Origin: a virus
Taxonomy: Duplodnaviria > Caudoviricetes
Strand: one strand, 5' to 3'
Length of the DNA stretch: 42,049 bases
Virus record (IMG/VR): IMGVR_UViG_3300024331_000004
Location: 1-42,049 of that record
Made by a program: the position numbers and the translations under genes. The notes below the pieces were generated by a model that worked only from the letters and a program-made list of their open reading frames with translations, did not search any database and was not told the DNA's origin. Positions within the stretch are counted from its first letter, which is position 1. Each line of letters starts with the position of its first letter. Shown here one piece after another: positions 8,869 through 18,128 of the stretch.

Positions 8869-10402
8869 CCCGAGCGGCCTATCTCCGCCGTACCTGGACC
8901 CCTCGCAGTATCCGGCCTATCTGGATCTGCAGAGGAAGCAAATGTTGGCACAGGCTCTCATGCAGGGCAGCCAGCAGATGAGCCAGACACCGCAGGACTG
9001 GAACTCGATGCGCGTGATTCCCAAGCGCTCGGCGCTCTCCAGCATTGCGCCGGTGCTTGCGGCTGGATTGGCCGGGAAGACCCAGAAAGACCTGATGGGC
9101 GCGCAGACGAACTACTTCCAGGGGCTGATGGGGGGGAATGCTCCTCCACCGACCGCTGCACCGGCGCCGTCGGCGCCTCCATCAGCCCCTGGAGTGGCTC
9201 CGCTGACCGCTCAAATGCCGCCCACTGCGGCTCAATCCCCTGCGCAGCAAGCACCGAGCCCGAACCAGGCGATGTTGCTCACGGGCGAGCCACGCACGAG
9301 CCAGGCATTACTCTCCATGATGGGGCCACAGGAGTATGCCAAAGCGCTCGCGGGCCGGTACGCGCCGACCGACCTGGAGAAGCTGCTCCGCGCCGCGGGT
9401 ATTGATCCGGCCTCTCAGCAGGGCCAGCAGGCGCTTCAAGCCAACATCCAGAAGCAGAACTTCATCCCGAACGAAAATCTGCGCCAAGGGACCGCGTCCT
9501 GGAATCCGGTCACTCATCAGTTCGAGGCCTACAATCCGAATACTGCGCCGGGTAGCGTGCCGACCTTTCAGGGCGGCATGCCGACGGGTGTCGCACAACT
9601 CCCGGGCGCAGAAGCGGCGGAGACCGCAGCCGCAGCCGGTAAAGCGGCCGGTACGGTCTCGCAGACTCCGCTGAAACTCGGTGTCGATGCGCAGGGTCGC
9701 GACGTCTATGAATTCCCGAAGCCTCCCGCATTGGGACAGGAAGCTGCGGCAGCATCGCCGCGTACCGGGCTGCAGGCACCGAAGGTGGGTCAGCCCTCGG
9801 GCGGTGGAACGACCGCTTCCAAGGCAACTCTGAGCGCACAAGAGGCTGGAGGTAAGAGCGGCCAGGACTATTCCAGCGAGCTGTCCAAGAATGCGACGGG
9901 CGCGACCGAGATTCGCCGCTCGCTCTCCGAGCTCAAGAACCTCTCCGCTCAAGCCACTCCGGGGGCCATGAACGAAGGGAAGATGAAACTGGGCTCCTAC
10001 ATGATCGCAGCCGGAGTGTCCCCTGAGACTACGGCCAAATGGCTGGGGGTCGATGTGGGCGCGCTCCAAGCCGCGGTCAAACAGACCAGCACCCTTGCGG
10101 TGGGTGTCATTCACAGCATGACCTCTCGGGGCACGAACTTCGATCTCGATACGTTCATGCGCAACAACCCCAACCTGAACATGTCCGACCCATCGGCCTT
10201 TCAGAAGGTCGTCGATTACATGGACAACAAGGCCAAGCAGGAGATCGCCAAGCAGAAGGATTTTGTCCAATGGAAGAAGGGTGTTTCCCCCGATGAGTGG
10301 GAAGCCGGACACACCGCGCACTGGCTCGAGCAGCAGAACCAGGCGATCGACACCGGCAAGACGAATTCCCGTCCCCCACTCTCGAGCTTTATTCGACCCT
10401 GA
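8861..10402 (+). CDS. internal virion / DNA ejection protein
   Basis: 513 aa, GGAGG RBS, Ala/Gln/Pro-rich helical protein; position in the ejection cluster. Confidence 0.7.
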   Translation: MPDPSGLSPPYLDPSQYPAYLDLQRKQMLAQALMQGSQQMSQTPQDWNSMRVIPKRSALSSIAPVLAAGLAGKTQKDLMGAQTNYFQGLMGGNAPPPTAAPAPSAPPSAPGVAPLTAQMPPTAAQSPAQQAPSPNQAMLLTGEPRTSQALLSMMGPQEYAKALAGRYAPTDLEKLLRAAGIDPASQQGQQALQANIQKQNFIPNENLRQGTASWNPVTHQFEAYNPNTAPGSVPTFQGGMPTGVAQLPGAEAAETAAAAGKAAGTVSQTPLKLGVDAQGRDVYEFPKPPALGQEAAAASPRTGLQAPKVGQPSGGGTTASKATLSAQEAGGKSGQDYSSELSKNATGATEIRRSLSELKNLSAQATPGAMNEGKMKLGSYMIAAGVSPETTAKWLGVDVGALQAAVKQTSTLAVGVIHSMTSRGTNFDLDTFMRNNPNLNMSDPSAFQKVVDYMDNKAKQEIAKQKDFVQWKKGVSPDEWEAGHTAHWLEQQNQAIDTGKTNSRPPLSSFIRP

Positions 10403-12132
10403 TGCCTACCTTCGACTCACAAGCAGCGAAAGCGGCCGGCTACTCGGATGAGGAGATCCAGTCCTTTCTGGCCGCTCAACAGGCGCAGAACAACCAGGCG
10501 ATGAGCCATCCGGCCGGTATGGCGCAAACCTCTACGCCGCTGCCGAATGATCCGACCTGGGGGATGAGTCCAGGACAGGAATTTGCAGCCGGGATCGGTC
10601 GCGGCATGGTTCACACAGGCCGTTCCATAGGCAATCTGGTTGGGCTGGTGCCGGATCAGGCGCTGCAGAATGAAAAGGAAATCGATGCGCCGCTCTTGAG
10701 AACACGGGGAGGGGAGACCGGCAACATCCTGGGCGAAGCAGCGATCACCACCCCGATCACCATGGGCGCCTCCGGTGCAGTCGGTCAGCTGGGCAAGTTG
10801 GGCGCCACGATCGCGGGCAACCCCATCCTGAATGCCGGGCTCCAAGGCGGAGTGCAGGGCATGGTGACGTCCGACCCGGGCGAACGCGTTCCCAATGCCG
10901 CGTTGGGAGCCGTCACAGGTGCTGGATTGGCAGCCGGTGGAAGTCTCGTAGGCAAGCTCGCGCGCGGCCTCAACCGCACGCCAGAAGCTCAGTATCTGCT
11001 GGATAAGGGAATCTCTCTGACGCCAGGCCAGATGAATCCGCAGGGCATGGCGAATCAGTTCGAGCAGACCGCTGAAAGCGTTCCTGGGGTCAAGCAGATC
11101 ATCCATGGCGCTCGGGAGGGAGCGGAGCAGGATTTCCAGCGCTCCGTGATCCAGCAAGGAGCCGCTCCCGGAACGGTCATCAAGCCGAGCGAAAACATCC
11201 ACGAGATGTTGCAGCAGGCGTACGACTCCTATGCGCCGCTCTACGATCAGGCCAAGGGCATCCCCGTCAAAGCGGCCGTGATGAATGGCCCGCAGGGGAC
11301 GAAACTGTCGTACCTGTTCGACCAAGCCGCCACCGCGCCGGGTACGACGGCTCAGGCCCGCGACGCGGCCAAATCCGCGTTGCAAAACGAGCTGACCCAA
11401 CTTCCCCCGTCACCGACCAGTACCGATCTGTTGAACCTGCGCTCGGATATCCGGGCGTTGGCACGCAAGGCCAAACTGGCCAACGACACGATTGCGCAAG
11501 ACAAGGCCGTGATCTTCGATCAGGCCGACCAGCACGTCACCCGCGCTTTGAATTCGCAATTACCGCCCGATGCGCTCAAAGCGCTGCAAACGGCGGATTC
11601 GCAATACGGTCGCTACAAGATCGTTGAGAACGCGGTTGCTCGATCCAAAGACAACGTAGCGGGACTGACCCCCTCGAAACTCTCGCAGGCCATCTACGAC
11701 GCCACGGCCGATCCAGCATATGCGCGTGGGGCCGGAGGGGACTTGCGGGATCTTGCCCAGGCGGGCACACGGGTCTTTCAGACGGTCTCGCCACCTACAG
11801 GAGCGCGAGTACTGACACTGGGCGCGGGGGCGGCCGGCGCCGCGCTAGCACCGCATGCGGCCATTCCGTTGGGGGCGGGGATGCTCGGACTCACCGGATC
11901 GCAGACAGGCAGGCGGTTTGCCGCAGGAATGACTCGCCCTCAACTCGCCGTGCAATCGCTCACAGACGCGTTGCAGCGCGCCATTCCTGCGGATGTCAGA
12001 GGGGCCGTCGGGAATCTCGCGGGCCGGACGGCCACGCAAGCGGCATTGCCCTATGCGCCTCAAGCGTTGGCCTCGGCGGCTGCGCTGGCAACTTTGCTGA
12101 AAAAACCCGCTCCACCCACTCAACCTCAATAG
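10402..12132 (+). CDS. large internal virion / DNA ejection protein (likely start ATG 10402)
   Basis: TGATG coupling; AKAAGYSDEEI..FL N-terminus, GI.LTPGQ motif, Gly/Ala hydrophobic stretches. Confidence 0.7.
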   Translation: MPTFDSQAAKAAGYSDEEIQSFLAAQQAQNNQAMSHPAGMAQTSTPLPNDPTWGMSPGQEFAAGIGRGMVHTGRSIGNLVGLVPDQALQNEKEIDAPLLRTRGGETGNILGEAAITTPITMGASGAVGQLGKLGATIAGNPILNAGLQGGVQGMVTSDPGERVPNAALGAVTGAGLAAGGSLVGKLARGLNRTPEAQYLLDKGISLTPGQMNPQGMANQFEQTAESVPGVKQIIHGAREGAEQDFQRSVIQQGAAPGTVIKPSENIHEMLQQAYDSYAPLYDQAKGIPVKAAVMNGPQGTKLSYLFDQAATAPGTTAQARDAAKSALQNELTQLPPSPTSTDLLNLRSDIRALARKAKLANDTIAQDKAVIFDQADQHVTRALNSQLPPDALKALQTADSQYGRYKIVENAVARSKDNVAGLTPSKLSQAIYDATADPAYARGAGGDLRDLAQAGTRVFQTVSPPTGARVLTLGAGAAGAALAPHAAIPLGAGMLGLTGSQTGRRFAAGMTRPQLAVQSLTDALQRAIPADVRGAVGNLAGRTATQAALPYAPQALASAAALATLLKKPAPPTQPQ

Positions 12133-12272
12133 AGGCGTCGCGGCTTGTACAGAAATCGCTTCATCGGACCTTCAGGGATCACGAAGTTCAAACCCTTCGC
12201 GATGCCCCATGCGAGCGTGAGCAGCACGAGGGCGACAAACGGACGAACCATGACCGCGATGACGGTATGCAG
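12126..12272 (-). CDS. small antisense membrane protein (41-48 aa; not in ORF track)
   Basis: Manual translation (L)HTVIAVMVRPFVALVLLTLAWGIAKGLNFVIPEGPMKRFLYKPRRLY; AGGAG 6 nt before CTG 12272, alternative ATG at 12251; fills the intergenic gap. Confidence 0.6.
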   Translation of the reverse strand: MHTVIAVMVRPFVALVLLTLAWGIAKGLNFVIPEGPMKRFLYKPRRLY

Positions 12273-12283
12273 GGGAATCTCCT

Positions 12284-13000
12284 ATGGCGTTTGACGGAAA
12301 CGGCAACTTCCTGCGGCTCTTCAACTGGGTCACCGACAAGGGTGCCGGTGTCAACATTACCGCATCGCGCATGGACGGAGAAGACAACGGTTTTGCCGCA
12401 GGTCTCACCAACTGTGTGACGCGGGACGGGCAGGGGAAGATTGGGGCCGACTTCCTCCCGAGTGTCGATAATTCTTACAACCTCGGCAGTGCGGCGTTGC
12501 GCTGGCTGACCTTTAACGGGGTGGCAGCCGGCATCGTCACGCCGATCACCGCGGCCAAGGCGGCGACTACCGCGCGCAGCAACACAACGACGCTGGCGGC
12601 AGATCCGGATCTGGCGGTCGTCATTCCCGCGGTGGGGACCTACGCGTTCGAAGCCATGCTCAACGTCTGGGGCACTACGACCAGCACGCAGGGCCTTAAA
12701 TGGAATCTGTATGCGGTTGGTGCGCCCACGTTCGCATTTTCTGCGGGCGTCATGCGGTCGGACTACTTTACGGGCGTCTCCTCGATTGGGATCAGCAGCG
12801 CCATCGCCTCGGGCGGCTCCGGAATCGCGGACATGAGCGCGACGTCGATCGGCACTCAGATGATCTTCATGAAGGGCAGCTTCATTGCGACGGCGGTCTC
12901 CAACGCCACGCTAGGGATTTCCTGGGCACAGTTGTCCTCCTCCGCCAACGCCACCAACGTTGGGTTGGGAAGCTACCTGTCCGTGCGCAAGGTCGCCTGA
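12284..13000 (+). CDS. tail fibre protein
   Basis: N-terminal MAFDGNG.F...I.ASR.D...FA.GL.NC.TRDGQ attachment motif; beta-rich C-terminal domain. Confidence 0.75.
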   Translation: MAFDGNGNFLRLFNWVTDKGAGVNITASRMDGEDNGFAAGLTNCVTRDGQGKIGADFLPSVDNSYNLGSAALRWLTFNGVAAGIVTPITAAKAATTARSNTTTLAADPDLAVVIPAVGTYAFEAMLNVWGTTTSTQGLKWNLYAVGAPTFAFSAGVMRSDYFTGVSSIGISSAIASGGSGIADMSATSIGTQMIFMKGSFIATAVSNATLGISWAQLSSSANATNVGLGSYLSVRKVA

Positions 13001-14874
13001 TGGCCCAAGTCCGCGATGTGCTGGAGGCCATTCACCAACGCAGAGGAGGCGCTAACTCGGGTTCTGACCTGTTCTCGACCGTCAATTCTTATGCGCGCAC
13101 ACCGCAGGAGATCACGCCCGTCTCTCCCGGTGTGGCACCCATTTTCCCCGTGGACTATTCCTACCCGCCTGGAAACGTCAAACGTTATGGCGCGACCGGC
13201 AACGGCACAACGGATGACTGGGCGGCGATCCAACAGGCCATTGATGGGTGCTCGACCGGCATTATTTTCTTCCCTAGCGGTATCTATAAGCTCAGCCAAC
13301 CGCTTCTGATCCGGCTCATCAGTTTTGCCAACATCATTTTCTGGGGTGAAAGCCGCACCAGCACGTACATCATGCCGCTGACCACCGATATCAGCCATGC
13401 GCCACAGAACATCAACACGATGGTGTTCAATCAGGCGGATAACGGCAAGCTGTCCTTTTTCAACATTCGATTCTCCACCGACGTAGCCTATACGGGGCTG
13501 GCCATTTACTGCAAAGAGGGTGGCGGTGGGGATGCATCCGGTCAGGCTATTTTCTCAGGCTCCATCGATAACTGCTGGTTTGATCATAATTCGACGAGTG
13601 TCGGTGTACTGCGTGGAGGGTTGAACAACTATCGCGTATCGAACAATACGTTCGAGTTCATGAAAGGCTGTTTTTACCGAGACGGCGGCGGAATGGGCGA
13701 TGTTCTGTTCACCAACAACGTCATGTCAAACTGCTATGACGCCTTCTATGACGGCATGACCGATACCGTTGGAGACAACATCGTCACCATTGACAATCTG
13801 CATGTCTATACGCATAACCGCGGACAGGTCATTCAAACACAGAACTCGAATAGCCTCACATTGCGTGCCATCAAGGTTCAAGCGGCCAGTCCAAATTTGG
13901 GCGGTGTGGGGCTTTTCAGCCTTAAAAATTGCACGAACGTCATCGCCTCCGAGTTTCAGTGCTCGCAAGTGTCCATCTTCGGCGGCTCAGGATTACTTGG
14001 TGAAGTCATCACCATCGAGGGATCAGAGGTCAAGCTCAGCTGCGGTACGATCAATATTCCGGATGTCGGTCTACGAGTGACGGGCGCGAGTGTCACCATC
14101 CTAGATATCAACGGCGTCGATATCTTCAACGCGCTGACCTGTTCCTTCCGAGTGCAGACCGGTGCTCCCACAGGACGGGTGACCGTACGTAACTGCAACT
14201 GGTCGGACAGCCAGGCCAACATCCTCCTATTCTCGAATGCCGCGGGGCTGGATTTGTTCATGTCTGACTGCCGCGTGCTCAACGCGGGACTGGGCGGCAG
14301 TGCGGGTTCGCGCAACTTCAACCTGAATACCAGCGGCACGGTCGTGATCACGGACTGCCGTCTCGGTCGAGACAATGTGTCGGCTGCGGCTGGGTATTAC
14401 TTCGATGCGTCGGGCGCCGGCAACTTCACGGTCATCGATCCTACGATCGTAGGGACGCCGCCCACAGGGCTTGCGACCGGAGCGGCCACGGTCAACTTCG
14501 ATGGCGTAACCGGAACGTGGACCCCCTCGTTAGGTGGGACCGCCACCTACACCGTGCAGCAGGGGACTTATAGCGTCAAAGCCAAGTGCGTGAGCTTCTG
14601 GGGCCGGCTGACCGTGAACGCGATCGGGTCTGGCTCTGCAACCACGATCAACGGGTTGCCCCTGATCAATAACGGAACCTACTACGGGGGTGGGCAGGCG
14701 CATTTCTTCGCCGCCTCCGTCACGGCTGTCACGTGGCTCGGCATGACCGTAGCCCCGGGCTCGACTCAATGCGTGATGCGCTCCCTGGCAGCCGCAGGTG
14801 CAGGAACGGCCAACAACAACATCTTTGGCGCTGGGACCGATGTCATCTTTAGCGGCTCTTATCAACTCCCATGA
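13000..14874 (+). CDS. tailspike / depolymerase with pectate-lyase-3-like right-handed beta-helix (start ATG 13000)
   Basis: NVKRYGATGNGTTDDWAAIQQAID...IFFPSGIYKLSQPL motif; Asn/Ile/Val-rich repeats; C-terminal GTWTPSL fibre domain. Confidence 0.85.
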   Translation: MAQVRDVLEAIHQRRGGANSGSDLFSTVNSYARTPQEITPVSPGVAPIFPVDYSYPPGNVKRYGATGNGTTDDWAAIQQAIDGCSTGIIFFPSGIYKLSQPLLIRLISFANIIFWGESRTSTYIMPLTTDISHAPQNINTMVFNQADNGKLSFFNIRFSTDVAYTGLAIYCKEGGGGDASGQAIFSGSIDNCWFDHNSTSVGVLRGGLNNYRVSNNTFEFMKGCFYRDGGGMGDVLFTNNVMSNCYDAFYDGMTDTVGDNIVTIDNLHVYTHNRGQVIQTQNSNSLTLRAIKVQAASPNLGGVGLFSLKNCTNVIASEFQCSQVSIFGGSGLLGEVITIEGSEVKLSCGTINIPDVGLRVTGASVTILDINGVDIFNALTCSFRVQTGAPTGRVTVRNCNWSDSQANILLFSNAAGLDLFMSDCRVLNAGLGGSAGSRNFNLNTSGTVVITDCRLGRDNVSAAAGYYFDASGAGNFTVIDPTIVGTPPTGLATGAATVNFDGVTGTWTPSLGGTATYTVQQGTYSVKAKCVSFWGRLTVNAIGSGSATTINGLPLINNGTYYGGGQAHFFAASVTAVTWLGMTVAPGSTQCVMRSLAAAGAGTANNNIFGAGTDVIFSGSYQLP

Positions 14875-14884
14875 GGTATTACAC

Positions 14885-15376
14885 ATGGAGTCTGTGATTT
14901 CCGAGGAGGGAGACGCGCCGACGACGGCTGGCAGTACACGAACGACGGTCACCAAACTGGCGGCACTATGGTTTCGCATTCATGGCCTCCTCGACCGTTT
15001 ACTGACAGTCGCGAAACACCTAGCCGCACTTATAACGAGGATGGAGAGCCGGATACCACGCGGTCCACCGGATTACGAGGTGGGAGCACGGCCTCCGTGG
15101 GTTACAGTGAACTACGAAGGCGGTCCCGCACCTACACAGGAACCATCATGGCAGGAGTATCTGACGAGGATCGTAGCGATACTGATCGCGAGCGGGCTGG
15201 GAGGCCTCATCTGGGTACTCTCGGCGATGAACGGCCGTCTATCGACCATCGAGGCGAACCAGACGGGAGGAACGAAGCTCATGATCCAGAGACTGGACGA
15301 ACAGGAGAAACATCTGGAAGCTCACGACAAGCAGTTGGACGAGCTGAACCGGGAAGTATGGCCCCACAAACACTGA
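14885..15376 (+). CDS. membrane protein (one TM helix plus coiled coil), lysis region
   Basis: GAGGT RBS; TM segment IVAILIASGLGGLIWVL followed by a heptad-like tail. Confidence 0.55.
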   Translation: MESVISEEGDAPTTAGSTRTTVTKLAALWFRIHGLLDRLLTVAKHLAALITRMESRIPRGPPDYEVGARPPWVTVNYEGGPAPTQEPSWQEYLTRIVAILIASGLGGLIWVLSAMNGRLSTIEANQTGGTKLMIQRLDEQEKHLEAHDKQLDELNREVWPHKH

Positions 15377-15717
15377 GTACGACCCGCGACATTCACGGTC
15401 CAATCGATGCACGTGGTGGCGGGAACGTCAATGTAAATAAGTTCAAGTTGGCGTTGCCGAAGGATGCGCGTGACATACTGATTGCGATTGTCATGGCGTT
15501 GTCAATTATGACTAACGTCGTTATCGGAGGTCTATACTTCGAATCACAACGGACGGTGGCAGATGCCTACAAGGACATTAAGACTCAAGTATGGGTCCAT
15601 CAAGACAAGGAGGAGGAGCGGTTCCAGAAATTCGTAGCAGGCCCTTACGCAGACCTTGCCGGCAGCGTTAAGGCAAATCAACTTCTATTCGCAAAATGTA
15701 AGGAGTCAGGAAAATGA
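15358..15717 (+). CDS. membrane protein (single TM), lysis region
   Basis: TM segment ILIAIVMALSIMTNVVIGGLYF; ATGA coupling to the next gene. Confidence 0.55.
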   Translation: MAPQTLSTTRDIHGPIDARGGGNVNVNKFKLALPKDARDILIAIVMALSIMTNVVIGGLYFESQRTVADAYKDIKTQVWVHQDKEEERFQKFVAGPYADLAGSVKANQLLFAKCKESGK

Positions 15718-15908
15718 GCGGTGGTGGAATAATCATTCAGCGGCTGGCGGTTCTGAAACCTGCAGCAACCGATTCGAGCATTTACGACGTATTGCCGACC
15801 AACTGCAAACTCATCATCGACACCATCTGCGCGAAGGCGCCCGGGGCGGTGACAGATCAGGACATCAGCACGTTGGCTGCAATGATCTTGCTGGCAACGC
15901 ACTGCTGA
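15714..15908 (+). CDS. small hypothetical protein (64 aa)
   Basis: AGGA RBS and ATGA coupling. Confidence 0.5.
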   Translation: MSGGGIIIQRLAVLKPAATDSSIYDVLPTNCKLIIDTICAKAPGAVTDQDISTLAAMILLATHC

Positions 15909-15909
15909 A

Positions 15910-16284
15910 ATGCCGGCGAGCGACGATGCCATTCCCCTGCGCGAGTATGTTGATGTCAGATTCGATGCGCAGGATAAGGCCGTGACGGCAGCTTTGGCCG
16001 CGCAAGAGAAAGCGGTCGCGGCAGCATTGGCTGCCGCTGACCGTGCGGTTGCAAAGGCTGAGACGGCTGCCGAACGCCGGTTTGAGAGTCAGAACGAATT
16101 CCGCGGCACGCTCACCGATCAGGCACGTACCTTTATGCCACGGCTAGAGTATGAGAACGCTCACAAATCGATTGTGGAGAAGGTTGAATCCGTCCAGAAA
16201 TTCCTCTGGATGGGGCTTGGAGCCATGTTGGCCGTGCAACTTTTCATCGGGTTTATCTTTGTATTTCTGAAGAAACAACCATGA
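15910..16284 (+). CDS. coiled-coil protein with C-terminal TM helix, lysis-associated
   Basis: Repeated AQ(D/E)KAV.AAL helices, RFES.NEFRG.L.DQ motif, C-terminal TM segment; directly precedes the endolysin. Confidence 0.65.
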   Translation: MPASDDAIPLREYVDVRFDAQDKAVTAALAAQEKAVAAALAAADRAVAKAETAAERRFESQNEFRGTLTDQARTFMPRLEYENAHKSIVEKVESVQKFLWMGLGAMLAVQLFIGFIFVFLKKQP

Positions 16285-16631
16285 CGGAAACACTCGGACA
16301 GCGACAGCGGCGATTCCTCCCTTTGGTCGCCAAGCTGATCGACTTTGCGTATGCGCAAGGCTATGAACTCACAGCGGGCGAACTCTACCGCACGCCAGAA
16401 CAGGCCGCGCTGAACGCACAGACAGGCGCCGGCATCGCTCATAGCCTGCATACGCAGCGTCTGGCGGTCGATCTGCAGTTGTTCAAGGATCAGGTCTACC
16501 TCACCGACTCAGCCGCCTATAAAGCGCTGGGGGAGTTCTGGGAGGCCCTCGATCCGGATGCCTGCTGGGGCGGTCGGTTCAGTAAACCTGACGGCAACCA
16601 TTTTTCCCTCACGTTCGGCGGTATCAAATGA
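16281..16631 (+). CDS. endolysin, M15 family zinc peptidase
   Basis: GELYRTPEQA, SLH..RLAVDL, WGGRF..PDGNHFS motifs supplying His/Asp/His zinc ligands. Confidence 0.9.
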   Translation: MTETLGQRQRRFLPLVAKLIDFAYAQGYELTAGELYRTPEQAALNAQTGAGIAHSLHTQRLAVDLQLFKDQVYLTDSAAYKALGEFWEALDPDACWGGRFSKPDGNHFSLTFGGIK

Positions 16632-17152
16632 ACATCGGCTCTCGAGCGCTTCAGATCCTGCGTACGGTCGCGCCCACAGTGGCCCTGGCGGTCGGAGGGC
16701 CGTTTGGGCCGCTGGCCAGTGCCGCCATCTCGGCTGTCTTGGGAACGCCCGCAGGCGACGATAAGGCGGCGGAGACGGCGTTGCTGGGGGCTACTCCTGA
16801 TCAGCTGCTGGCGCTGAAGAAGGCCGAAGAGGACTTCCAGCTGCAGCTGGAGAAGCTCGGTATCGAAAAGGACAAGCTCGTTTTTGACGACATCGCGAAT
16901 GCCCGGGCGCGGGAGATCGCGGTCAAGGACACAACCCCGCGATACATGGCTTACTTAGTGACGATCGGCTTCTTTGGGGTGCTGGGCTATCTCGTGGTCG
17001 AGGGCAAGCCCGTCAGTGGCGGAGACGTCATGCTGGTGATGGTGGGTTCGCTCGGAACGGCATGGACAGGCATCGTCGCGTACTACTTCGGCAGTTCAGC
17101 CGGGTCCGCGGCCAAGACTGACGCGTTGAATACCATCGCTATCAAAAAGTAG
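16628..17152 (+). CDS. holin-like membrane protein
   Basis: VAPTVALAVGGP, D.ANARARE, two TM helices and YYFGSSAGS motif; immediately after the endolysin. Confidence 0.75.
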   Translation: MNIGSRALQILRTVAPTVALAVGGPFGPLASAAISAVLGTPAGDDKAAETALLGATPDQLLALKKAEEDFQLQLEKLGIEKDKLVFDDIANARAREIAVKDTTPRYMAYLVTIGFFGVLGYLVVEGKPVSGGDVMLVMVGSLGTAWTGIVAYYFGSSAGSAAKTDALNTIAIKK

Positions 17153-17160
17153 GTGCAATC

Positions 17161-17313
17161 GTGATTACTGTAGCCATCGTTCTTGGACTTGCTGCCCTGA
17201 TCATCGCGATCTGGTCAGCGGTCAAGCCGGTCAATATCCTGTGGGTCGCGGTAGTGCTGCTCGCAATCCTCGAATTACTCTCACACGTAGGAAACGCCCA
17301 ATGGCCACGGTAA
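17161..17313 (+). CDS. small two-TM membrane protein (50 aa; not in ORF track)
   Basis: AGGTG RBS, GTG start; MITVAIVLGLAALIIAIWSAVKPVNILWVAVVLLAILELLSHVGNAQWPR. Confidence 0.6.
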   Translation: MITVAIVLGLAALIIAIWSAVKPVNILWVAVVLLAILELLSHVGNAQWPR

Positions 17314-17900
17314 CCTTCACATCCACTGAGTTACAAGCGATCGCCAGGCTCGTAGAGCCGCTGATCGCGATTCCTACTCCGGTGCCAGTTCCTACTCCGA
17401 CGCCGACCCCGACCCCTACGCCTACCGGAGTGACCTGGATGTACCTGAATGGCGTGAAAACGCTCGCTGGGGACTTCACCGGGCAGGGCACACAGGTGGA
17501 CTACAATCACGTGGTGACCGGCGCGCAGCTGAACGGCGGCACGCGGGACATCAAGATTTCGACCAGTGGCGCAGGCGTGCAATGGCCGTACTTCCTGCCG
17601 TACTTTTCCGCCGACTACAAGCTCCCCAATCCCGGCTGGACGAAGCTGCTGTTCTCGATCAAGCCCACGGTAAGCGGGCAAGCGTTTGGCATGCACATGG
17701 AAAGGGTAGGCGATCAGCCGTTGCCTTCGGTTGAGGTGATGAACTACGGGCCGCCGAGTGTTGCGGGGCAGTGGGCCTCCTACGTGGTCCCCCTGAAGGA
17801 TCTGGGTACGCTTGGCGATGCTACGCTCTATAAGGTTCTGATCCAGGACCATTCGGCCACGTCAGCCGGATGGGAGATGGACGCGATCGGGTTCCAGTAG
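17301..17900 (+). CDS. Pro/Thr-linker protein with putative carbohydrate-binding beta-sandwich (start ATG 17301)
   Basis: AGGA RBS; PTPVPVPTPTPTPTPTPT linker; WTKLLFSIK...GQWASYVVPLKDLG...MDAIGF pattern resembling galactose-binding-like CBMs. Confidence 0.65.
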   Translation: MATVTFTSTELQAIARLVEPLIAIPTPVPVPTPTPTPTPTPTGVTWMYLNGVKTLAGDFTGQGTQVDYNHVVTGAQLNGGTRDIKISTSGAGVQWPYFLPYFSADYKLPNPGWTKLLFSIKPTVSGQAFGMHMERVGDQPLPSVEVMNYGPPSVAGQWASYVVPLKDLGTLGDATLYKVLIQDHSATSAGWEMDAIGFQ

Positions 17901-18128
17901 CTCGCTTCCGCTATGAGCGTGCGCATCCATGACTGACTCGTGCAGGTAGCGATTGAGCCCCTCCAACGCTTCGGAAATGCTCGCGCCCATGAAATTGTGA
18001 CTGGTGTCCGCGTTCCCCAAGTCCACACGGGCGTGGTAGCGGCCTTCTCTGGGCCTTAGATGGACCTTAAGCGTATAGCTGCGTTTCAAAAACACTTCGA
18101 TGTTGTCAAGATTCATAGTTGTGCTCAT
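17862..18128 (-). CDS. hypothetical protein
   Basis: Last gene of the coupled leftward series; converges on and overlaps the end of the late operon. Confidence 0.5.
   Translation of the reverse strand: MSTTMNLDNIEVFLKRSYTLKVHLRPREGRYHARVDLGNADTSHNFMGASISEALEGLNRYLHESVMDAHAHSGSELLEPDRVHLPSG

Noticed and set aside
9308-11400. Long - strand ORFs (337 and 327 aa) opposite the ejection genes, and similar ones at 32361-33374 and 24956-25738
   Set aside because: Shadow ORFs expected in GC-rich coding DNA; no motifs or RBS, and they fully overlap well-supported genes
12284-14874. Diversity-generating retroelement acting on the fibre or tailspike
   Set aside because: No reverse transcriptase ORF and no template/variable repeat pair seen
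17374-17427. Short tandem DNA repeats as a VNTR or contingency locus
   Set aside because: Degenerate at third codon positions; explained by the Pro-Thr linker
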